Source: Vicugna vicugna
Lineage: Eukaryota
Direction of reading: 5' to 3'
NCBI GenBank assembly: GCA_013265495.1
Contig: MU058059.1
Coordinates: 124,001 to 188,000, forward strand
Length of the DNA stretch: 64,000 bases
The position numbers and the translations under genes were made by a program. Positions 54,199 through 64,000 of the stretch are shown here, piece by piece (the stretch's first letter is position 1; the number at the start of each line of letters is the position of its first letter). The notes beneath the pieces were generated by a model. The model worked only from the letters and a program-made list of their open reading frames with translations, did no database searches and was not told the origin of the DNA.

Positions 54199-54212
54199 GT
54201 GCCCCCTGCTGG
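54199..54212 (-). promoter_or_regulatory. CTCF core motif (reverse) within old L1
   Basis: Reverse complement CCAGCAGGGGGCAC matches the core consensus at every position. Confidence 0.45.
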
Positions 54213-54708
54213 ATACTCAGGCTCAGCTGTCTCATTGTGATGTTCAGAGATTGCTTTATTTTAAGTTTAATTTTGTTTGATCATTATGTAAAGTTTTATG
54301 TGACTTTGAAGTCAAATTTACAAAAACAAATCTAGTTTCTATCATCCTCTCTTCCCCTCTGTCCTATTTTCCTTTTGGTAACTATTTCATTGGTAAATAC
54401 TGTGATTTATCATTAATGTTAATATTTACTTATATATGTATTCTATATATTCACATATATAATATATATTTTTATCCCCTTCCTCTTTGTTGGACCAATA
54501 GCAACATAATTTTGCAGACTTTTCTCCATCTGAAATAATTATATGTGCATTACTTTAAGTGGAGAAAAGTATACATATATATAACATAACATCAACATAT
54601 TAACCTGGAGTGCTGGATTTTGCCTTCTTAGCTAATCTGAAAATCCTTTTAAAAAAATAGCTAAATTTAACTCTTTTACACTTAATAATAGGATCTAAAT
54701 GTTTGGCA

Positions 54709-55015
54709 TGTTAAATGATAAACTGAGGTATATTTTTAAAAATTAAGATTTTACTTGAGCAAAAATCGATTCAGACTGGGCAATGCCAAGCTGGAAGCTG
54801 CTCACTGACAGCCTGGGTAGAAACTCACAGAGAAAAGGTGGAAGCTAATTACTGATGGGCTGTAGCTTATTTCTACATTTTTAATTCTCTTTTTTTGGTG
54901 GAGGCACTGGGGATTGAACCCAGGACCTCATGCATGCTAAGCATGGGCTCTACCAGTTCACATGCGTAGGTTTGGGTTTGCTTACATAGGCTGTGGAGGT
55001 ATTAGGGCATGAGTC
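54709..55015. mobile_element. ERV LTR fragment (family uncertain)
   Basis: Starts tgttaaa; ttgagcaaaaatcgattcagactgggcaatgccaagctggaag and ggtttgcttacatagg resemble a laurasiatherian ERV LTR. Confidence 0.5.
54870..54955 (-). mobile_element. tRNA-derived SINE, camelid Vic-1-like, 5'-truncated
   Basis: Reverse complement reads ggtagagcccatgcttagcatgcatgaggtcctgggttcaatccccagtgcctcca then an A-rich tail; B-box GGTTCAATCCC at 54910-54920. Confidence 0.8.
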
Positions 55016-55043
55016 TGCTTTTTTTTTCCCAAGGTGGAATAAT

Positions 55044-56950
55044 TTTTTTTAATTTTAAGTGTAATCAGTTACAGTGTGTCAATTTCTGGCATGTAGAATA
55101 ATATCCTAGTCATGCATATATATATACATGTATTCATTTTCATATTCTTTTTCATTAAAGGTTATTAGAAGATATTGTATGTAGTTTCCTGTGCTATACA
55201 GAAGGAATTTGTTTTTTTATCTATTTTTATATATAGTGGTTAACATTTGCAAATCTCAAACTCCCAAATTTATCCCTTCCCACCCCTTTCCCCCGGTAAC
55301 CATAGGATTGTTTTCTATGTCCGTGAGTCTACTTCTGTTTTGTAGATGAGTTCATTAGTGTCCTTTTTTTTTTTTTTTAGATTCCACATATGAGTGATAT
55401 CATATGGTATCTTTCTTTTTCTGGCTTAGTTCACTTAGAATGACGATCTCCAGGTCCAACCATGTTGCTGCAAATGGCAGTATTTTATTCTTTTTTATGG
55501 CTAAATAGTATTCTATTGTACAAATATACCACAACTTCTTTATCCAGTCATCTGCTGATGGACATTTAGGTTGGTTCCATGTCTTGGCTATTGTAAAAAT
55601 AGTGCTGCTGTGAACACTGGGGTGCACGTATCTTTTTGAATTAGAGTTCTCTTTGGAGAGATACCCAGGAGTGGGATTGCTGGATCATATAGTAAGTCTA
55701 TTTTCAGTCTTTTGAGGAATCTCCATACTGCTTTCCATAATGGCTGCACCAAGCTACATTCCCACCAGTAGTATAGGAGGGTTCCCTTTTCTCCACAGCC
55801 TCTCCAGCATTTATCATTTATGGACTTTTGAATGATGGCCATTCTGACTCATTATAGTTTTGACTTGCATTTCTCTGATAATCAGTGATAGCATTTTTTC
55901 ATGTGCCTATTGGACATTTGTATGTTTTAATAGGAGAACTGATCATTTAGGTCTTCTGCCCGTTTTTGGATTGAGCTGTTTTTTTTTTCTTATTAAGTTG
56001 TCTGAGCTGCTTATATATTCTGGAAATAAAACCTTTGTCAGTCATATCATTTGCAAATATTTTCTCCTATTCTGTAGGTTGTCTTTTTTTTTTTTTGCTT
56101 ATGGTTCCCTTTGCTGTGCAAAAGCTTGTAAGTTTAATTAAGACCCATTTGTTAATTTTTGCTGTTGTTTCTACTGCCTGGGTAGACTGCCCTAGGAGAA
56201 CACTGAGATTTATACCAGGGAATGTTTTGTCTGTTTCCTTCTAGGAGATTTATTGTATCTTGTCTTATATGTAAGTCTTTAAGCCATTTTGAGTTTACTT
56301 TTGTGTATGGAGTGAGGGAGTATTGTAACTTACATGCTGCTGTCTGGTTTTCCCAACACCACTTGCTGAAGAGACTGTCTTTTCTCCATTGTATATTCTT
56401 GCCTCCTTTGTCGAAGGTTAATTGACCATAGGTCTATGGGTTTATTTCTGGGCTCTCTATTCTGTTCCATTGATCCATATGTCTGTTTTTATGCCAATAT
56501 CACGCTGTTTTGATTACCATAGCTCTGTAGTATTGTCTGAAGACTGGAAATGTTATTCCTCCAGCTTCATTCTTTTTATCTATATTGCTTTGGCAATTCT
56601 GGGTTTTTTGTGGTTCCATATAAATTTTAGAACTGTTCTAGTTCTGTGAAAAATGTCCTGGGTAATCTGATAGGGATCACATTAAATCAGTAGACTGCCT
56701 TGGGTAGTATGGCCATTTTAATGATATTGATTCTTCCAATCAAAGAGCGTGGGCTATCTTTCCATTTCTTCAAGTCATCTTTAATTTCGTTATTCAGTGT
56801 TTTGTAGTTTTCCACGTATGAGTCTTTCACCTCTTGGTCAGATTTATTCCTAAGTATTTTATTGTTTTGGAGGCAATTTTAGAAAGCACTGTTTCTTTAC
56901 TTTCCCTTCCTGCTAGTTTGTTGTTAGTGTAAACAAATGCAGCTGATTTT
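55044..56950 (-). mobile_element. Younger L1, ~1.9 kb 3' portion with disrupted ORF2
   Basis: ORF 55588..55842(-) [51 protein letters not shown] is the L1 ORF2p C-terminal Cys-rich region. Confidence 0.95.
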
Positions 56951-57478
56951 ATCCCTGTCTTTCCTTCCCCAGCAGAAGATGCTCTCACCCTTTAGGTACT
57001 GCTCTTGGAATGCATCTTGCTACTCCCACATCCCAGTGCCCTTATGATACTGCTCCTTCATTTTATCAAATATCTGTGACTTGCTATTTTAATAAGAGAA
57101 AAATAGCTATTATTAGGGACCGGCCTGCGCCCTATTTGTCTTCTAGAGTCAGTGCAGGGCTAAACTGTGTTTGAAAAGACAGAAAGTGAGTTACTTCAAT
57201 TTTCTATTACAGAAGGTCTAGGAGGCACTTGAAATCCTAACATTTTCTTCTTCCTATGGGAATGAGCCTTATTATTTCTTAAGTTTTCATTAACGCTCTC
57301 CCTCTGCCCCCTTGAAACCTGCTATTTTAGTCCCACCAACTAGTATGAAGTGGAGAATGGAAGCTTTGCTGAATGTTTATGGTCACAGCTGTAGGAGTAG
57401 TTGTCATAGTACAGTCATCAATATCCTAACCTATCAAAACTCTTGAATTACATGTCCCTGGAAAAATCAGTGCTTCTG

Positions 57479-57515
<37 letters not shown>

Positions 57516-57538
57516 CATATATATGTGTGTGTGTGTGT
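57479..57538. repeat. Compound (GT)n(AT)n(GT)n microsatellite at an L1 tail
   Basis: Seen directly. Confidence 0.9.
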
Positions 57539-57539
57539 T

Positions 57540-59650
57540 TTACTGAGATATAATTGACATATAGCACTGTATTAGTTTCAGTTGTACAACATAATGATTT
57601 GATATTTTTCTATAATGTGAAATGATCAGTGTTTTAATTAACAACCATCATCACAGAGGTAGAAATTTCTGTCTTGTGGTGAGAACTTCTCTGTAGCACC
57701 TTTCAGTATGTTTTAGTATTACTGTTACCATGCTGTACATTAGGTCATCAGGGCTACTTATTTTATAACTGGACGTTTGTACCTTCTGTCAGTTTCAACC
57801 TGCTAACCACCAATCTGTTTCTCTTTATCTACAAGTTCTTTTGGTGGGGGGGGGCGGGGGGAATTCCACATATAGTGAGATCATATGTTATTTGTCTTTC
57901 TCTGACTGATTTCACTTAGCAGTAATGCCCTCAGGGTCCATTCATGTTGTCACTAATAGCAAGATTTCTTTGTTTTTATGATTGAATGAAAAATATTGGG
58001 GGGTGTATAACATTTTTTTTATTCACCTGTCAGCGGACATGTAGGCTGCTTCCATATCTTGACTATTTAAATAATGCTGCAATGAATATGGGGATGCGGA
58101 TTCTTTTTGCGTTAGCTGAGTTAGTTTCTGTTTTCTTCACATAAATACCCAGAGAATTTCTGGATCAAACTCTACACTACTTTCCGTAGTGGTGGCATCA
58201 GTTTACGTTTCCACCAGCCACGCACAGAGGTTCTCTCTTCTCCACATCCTCACCAGTAACTGATTTCTTGGCTTTCTGATAATAGCTGTTCTCGTACAGG
58301 TGAAGTGGTATCTCACTGTGGTTTGGTTTGCACTTCCCTGATTAGTGATGCTGGGCATCTTTTCATGAATCTGTTGGCCCTGTGTGTCTTCTTCGGAACA
58401 ATACCTATTGAAATCCTCTGCTCATTTTGAAATTGGATTGTCTGTTTTTTGGCTGAGTTGTATGGCTTATTAGTGTGTTTTTAGTATTAATCAAGCATCA
58501 GATATATGTGATTTGCAAATATTTTTCCCCATTCCGTAGGTGAACTTGACCTTCTGTTGATGATTTCTGTGCAGAAGTGTTTCAGTTTGATGATGTCCCC
58601 CTAGTTTACTTTTGCTTTTGTTGCCATTGCTTCGTGTCCAATCCAAAAAATCACTGCCGAGAATGGTGCCAGAAAGCATACTGCCTGTTCTCTTCTAGGA
58701 GCTGTATGGTTTCAGGTCTAGTGTTCAAGTCTTTAATCCACTTTGAGTTGAGTTTCATCCATTCTTTTGCAGGTGGCTGTCCAGTTTAGTAACACCGTCT
58801 ACTGAAGTGAAAGTCCTTTCCCCATTGTATATTCTTGGCTCTTTGGTCATAAATTAGCGATATATGTGCAGGTTTATTTCTGGGCTCTATTCTGTTCCAC
58901 TGATCTGTGTGTCTATTTGACACCAGTACCACACAGGTTTGATTACTGTGGCTTTTAATATTGAAATCAGGGAGCAGAATGCCTCCAGTTTTGTTCTTCT
59001 TCCTCAGGGCGGCTTTGCCTCTTCAGGGTCTTTATGATTCCACACAAATTTCAGGATTGTTCTATTTCTGTGAAAAATGCCATTGGAATTTTGATGGGAA
59101 TGCATGGGCTCTCTGGACTACTGTGGTTAGTATGAATAGTTAACATTAATTCTTCCAATCCATGAGCATGGAATATCTTTCCATTTCTTTGTCTTCAGTT
59201 TCTATCATCAAGGTCTTAGAGTTTTCAGTGTACAGGTCTTGCACTTCCTTGGTTAAATTTATTCTTATGTTAATTCTTTTTGATGCAATTGTAAATGGCA
59301 GTTTCCTTACTTTATTAATGCAAAGAAATGCAACACATTTTTGTACACTGATTTTGTATCCTGCAACTTTACCAAAAATCTGTTAGGACTAATAAATTCA
59401 GCAGAGTCTTTAGTATTTTTTATATATGTAATATTTATTTTTTTTGCCTAATTGTTCTGGCTAGGACTCCCTAACTATGTCAACTGTAAGTGGTGAGAGT
59501 GGGCACCCTTGTCTCTTCCTGATCTTAGCGCTGTTCATTTATGACACGAGCTGTGGGCTTGTCAGACAGCTGTGGCCTTCATGATGCTGAGGAACCTTCC
59601 CTCTGTACCCACTGTGTTGAGTGTTTTTATAAGTGGGTGTTGAATTTCTG
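57540..59650 (-). mobile_element. L1MA9-like L1, ~2.1 kb 3' portion
   Basis: gagatataattgacatatagcactgtattagtttcag...aggtgaagtggtatctcactgtgg...gagagtgggcacccttgtc is antisense L1 3' UTR and ORF2. Confidence 0.9.
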
Positions 59651-60261
59651 CACTGTTGAGCGTTTTATTTAAGTAGCACAGGTGCTCAGTGTGCTGCTCT
59701 TGGGGGGGTTATATTTAACTTTTCTCGCATTTGAACCAGTGTACAAAAGGGGAAAGCAGGTAATTCAAAGGCAGGTGTAGAACATACTGACGAAGCCTTG
59801 GGAGAGGAGAGAGGAAGGGAGTGAGATTATTCGCCAGTGCTTTTTCGATTTGACTTACGCTCCAAACTCCTCCTAACCTTGGCCTCTTCCCATGAAGGAG
59901 TCGATGCAGACGACCAGCTTACTGCTTTACTGTCTGGCTTTAGTCATCCTTTATGAACAGTATTAACCAAACATTAATTGAAATTCATTATTTTTTCCTG
60001 TGCTGCAGCTGATGCTGGGACAACCATCATGCCAGCACCAAACGTGGGGCTAGTCATTACATATTCATTCACCAAATTAATAATAAAGTGGTAAGCACGT
60101 GCATGGTATCCTCATCAAGACTGCAGATAAACAGCAACAGAGCAGAGGCCACACAGACAGTACCATGCCCCGGGCACGGTAGGTTCTCCCTTCCCTCCTC
60201 TCTATTGGAAATGGGAAATTTTAGCATAATAATATGTGGAAGTTATGCTCTGAGCGAGATG

Positions 60262-60850
60262 AATGCTGGGGGAATGTAAGTTGGTGCAGCCATGATGGAA
60301 AACAGTATGGAGGTGCCTCAGATAAAAATACAACTTCTGTGGTCCAGCAACCCCACGTCTGGGTGTGTACTGGAAGGGAATGAAATCTCTATCTTGAAGC
60401 AGTAATGCTACATGGAAACAATCTAAGGGTCTATGATGGAACATTATTCAGCCGCAATAAGGAAACCTTGCCTTTTGCAAAAGACGTGGATGGACCTTGA
60501 GGGCATTATGCTACTACGTGAAACAAATCAGATGCAGACATTCGGTATGAGCTCGCTTGTAAGTGGAGTATAAAAAAGCTGAACTCACCGAGAAAGAGGA
60601 AGTGAATGATGGGTGTGAGAGGCCAGGAAATGGAAGATGTTAGTCAAAGCAGCTACAAGATGAAGAACTTCTGGGGATGTAAGGTACAGCAAGGTGGCTA
60701 GAGGTAACTATACTGTATACTTGAAAGTTGCCGAAAGAGTAAAATACTAAGTGTTCTCACCATGCACACAAGGTAACTGTGAGGTGATGAGCGTGTTAAC
60801 TCAGCCTGATCATTTGCAGTGTAGATAATCACCATGTGGTACCCCCAGCA
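60262..60850 (+). mobile_element. L1MA8/9-like L1 3' end
   Basis: aatgtaagttggtgcagccatgatggaaaacagtatggagg...gtggatggaccttgagggcattatgcta...cttgaaagttgc...gttctcacc. Confidence 0.88.
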
Positions 60851-63800
60851 CCTGCACCGTGTAAGCAGATCTCAGTACAGCTTGGGGGTGGGGGAACAGA
60901 GCCACCCCCTCCACCGTCACCCTCCCGGGAACCTGTGGTGAACGAGTCCCCCAAGAGCGGCAGTGGGGTGAGCTAGGGTACGGGGGGAGGACGGGGCTGT
61001 CAGACAGGCTCGCTAAACACTGAAGATGGAGAGAAGGCGAGAGAGGACCCGCACCACGTCTAGAACGTGAGTGTTTAGTACAACTGCATGGTTTTGTGTA
61101 ACGGATTCTAAATGCTGTGTTACCCACCGTTTCTTTAATTTTCCTGCTGAGACGAAAGCTTGTCCTCTCCTGAGCAGACACTACAGTCAACTGTGCGGAA
61201 GTCGCAGTGAAACTAGGCACTGGGGGGAAGCCGGGCTAGATGGTATGAAGTCTGGCTGTGCCTGCATTTGGTCCGTTGCATTCAGGAGGAGAGAGGACGT
61301 GGAAGGGAGAGAGATGGGGCACAGGAGGAGCAAGAGGTGATGTGGGCAGAAAGACAGTTCAGGAACTTTCTAGATTGTCAAGGGGGTGGTGGTGCATAGT
61401 CCAGACGGAAAACAGCCCCAGAAAGCCAGGGCTAAACCCAGTCTAGTTACTTTGTGTCAGAATGTTATGAAAACATGGGCTGCCACATGTCAGGTAAGAT
61501 GCCTTTGCCAAACCTAGGCGTCAGGAAAAATCTTTCTATGTTGTAGCGTTCAGCCTTTCTCCTGAAAGTCTAGCGTTGTCTATTAAAGCAGTTTTCCTTC
61601 TTGCATCAGCTTTTAGGAACAATGGAGCATATATATAAATAAGCAAGTAATATTATATTTTCCAGGAAAAACTCTCCTTTGGTTTCTAATGTTACAACTT
61701 CAGGACTGAAGGGTAAAACACAAGTGCGACTTATGCACTTAAACTCGTATAGAGCAGGTATCTTCCTCTTGCCTGCTCGCTCTCTCCAGTGTGACTGAAC
61801 TATTTTTTTTTTTTTGCCTACAGACAGATATTTACAGAAGCATCAACATAGGGTAGACTATTAAAAATTTACAACATATAAAACCAATGTAAATTTAGAA
61901 TGATTTTCAGTTTGTTTTTGACAGAAACAAATCATTAGCGCAAATAACTTCTGCAAACAAGTTTTACTCAATAAGGATGGGTGTGCAGGTGCCTCATTCA
62001 CTCTTCACTGCGGGGGTGGGGGGGTAATGTCTCTAATGGAGGAGGTGGAGGCTAGTTCTCTGTCTGTCTGTCTTTGTGTCTGTCTAATGGAAGAGCAGGA
62101 GGCGGTACGTTCCCACTCACCTCAGGATGACAATATGCTGTGAGAGCTGCGGCACTGGGAGCGCCAGTACACACCGTTCAGGGAGGAGATGGCGAAGGCA
62201 GAGGTCACCTGGCACCGTCAGGCTCCACAGGAGGGGACACACTGGAACAGCCAACACTGAATCTGGTTTCCTGTTTCAATTTATTACGTTCTTTAAAGAA
62301 CTTATTTGGCATTTTCTACTTAAACGTACACATGTGGGGACAAGCGTCGGTGTGTGTACACGTCGATGTGAAACTGTATACTTAGTAAAACTCATGAGTT
62401 TCTCTCCCCCTTCAGCATTTATCTCCATGCAGCTGATGTGAGGTTTCTGGTCTTAGTATGTCTCACAACTTTTCTAAGCATTTTACACAACCTTACTCTA
62501 ACCTGGAAGTGCACAATTACAGGTCGGGCTATAGGAGATACTCTAATTCCTGGCCCTCGTCATCTCTGAGATGCTACACACAGACGTTCTCTCTCTCGCT
62601 CTGACTCGCGCGCTGGCTCTGCTCCTCAGGAACACACGGATCGCTTGTCTGTGGATTAAGCAGCAGCACCGAAAGGTCTCTCTCCATTTTAGGACTGGGA
62701 GGGAAAGTTGTGGTTGAGGCTGGAGCTGCAGCTGGTGGAGCCCCGACCTCAGGTCCTGGTGGCTCCCCTGACGAGGCCTGGCCAACAGGAAGCAACCTCG
62801 TGGGGCAGGACCCCAGGATCCGTGACTTGGATCCAGTGAGCGTCACCCCCGGCCGTGCCAGCGCGAGGGCTCTTACTAGGAACGTGCTGCCGTGGTTACT
62901 AAGCAGGGAAAGTAACGCGCCCAGTCCCCTCCGTCTCTAAATGCTTGTGTCCAACCGACACGGCCATTCCCTCTCAGGGATCCTTGGCCAAAGTCGCTCT
63001 TGGCCACGGCTGCCTAGAGGGGCCAGGGAAGTGCAGACACACCCCGTGAGGGAGCACCGCCGCCTGCCGCCCTCTGAGAGCTGCCCGGGGGGGACTAGTA
63101 ATCACACCGCCTCCTTTTCCTTGTAGAGTATCACCGCATCTCATCAGAGGGTGCCCAGGGGACACCTGGAGATGGGGACAGCTTCCAAGGAGCATGGACT
63201 TGACCTTGGGCTGCCCTGTCCAAGACCCAGATGGCTGATCAACGAGACAACAATCCAGGAGAGAAACAGAAATTGAGAACTGGGCAGGCAGCGCTATCGG
63301 GTCGCCAACATACTGGGACAGGCGGAGAGCGTAAGACAGGGGTACCAGGCGACTCAGGGACGAGCATCAACCCGCCCGCCCGCCCGGCACACACACCTCT
63401 TGTCCACTGACCAAGCACCAAGTCCAGTTCTACGTTCTGGGGATTCAGCAGGAAATAAGACTGGAGGCTGAACAACAGTGATTTAAGGACACCTGAGCCT
63501 GGAGTGTCTGCACAGGTCGCGTCTGATACCTGTGGGATCTCAGCCAGGTGAGTGTCCTACCAACATGGAGAGGGCTGTTCCGGGCGGTAAAGGATTGACA
63601 CACGTCACGGTTCTCTGACTCCACAGCCCCTTTCCACTTTTCTTTTGGACTGCCATTCTCAACGGAACAAATATCAAATTAAATGTTCCCTGAGTACAGA
63701 TCTCTACTTTCTAAGGTCGACATTTTGCACCCGAGTCCTATGTACTGCTAAGATTACAAATTTAAAAAAAAGTATTAATAAAACCATAGATAGAGGACCC

Positions 63801-64000
63801 TTCTTAGATTTTTCCCATGACCCTCAAGGAATCACTCCAACTGACATTTTACGTTGCTGAGGAAATCTATCAAGTATTTTAAGAAAATGGTTACTTTGAT
63901 CTGAAACAATCTCTTGCTATGATACTGAGAGTCTTATCTCTACAACAGCCGAATACACAAGATGAGGGGGTCTAAATCTGCTTCCTCGGGGTGTGAAAAC

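Larger units (their letters stand above)
52480..54540 (-). mobile_element. Ancient L1MC4-like 3' region (interrupted)
   Basis: ggatttcgctgtttcc...cttgttcctctgtcc; resumes ~53205 with cagattaaggctcag...cataggggg; then attccttcttcatttactagatg and cagctatttcttcaaggagcccttgattccttttagtggaaaatgg. Confidence 0.75.

Noticed and set aside
54898..54955. tRNA-Ala-like gene
   Set aside because: 5' acceptor stem and A-box are missing and an A-rich tail follows, so it is a SINE
55400..56649. ORFs with reverse-transcriptase-element similarity
   Set aside because: Frameshifted L1 ORF2 fragments or their antisense frames, not host genes
1..64000. CRISPR arrays, rRNA, operons or other prokaryotic systems
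   Set aside because: Repeat content shows eutherian nuclear DNA; no regularly spaced repeats or gene-dense blocks were seen

Overview
Mammalian non-coding genomic DNA, most likely from a camelid. The taxon call rests on a tRNA-derived SINE resembling camelid Vic-1 at ~54.9 kb and on my seeing no Alu, BovB/Bov-tA, PRE1 or CanSINE elements. I recognise no protein-coding gene. The listed ORFs are chance frames or decayed L1 ORF1/ORF2 remnants. The window starts at the edge of a CpG-rich region and continues through intron-like or intergenic DNA with eutherian repeats (MIR, L2, L1M/HAL1, MER2B/5/20/33, MLT1/MLT2, MER21, LTR33), younger L1 3' fragments and a solo ERV1-type LTR with a perfect target-site duplication (TSD). 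The most interesting unexplained signals are: a compact CpG-promoter motif cluster at ~29.5 kb; convergent CTCF motifs (20.0 kb vs 51.6/54.2 kb); candidate spliced exons, including a speculative MGCxxS microprotein at 61.5-62.9 kb; CpG-rich ancient repeats; and multi-layer nested insertions. I found no strongly supported novel system. Repeat family names are recognised by eye from remembered consensus sequences, and boundaries are approximate unless a TSD is given.
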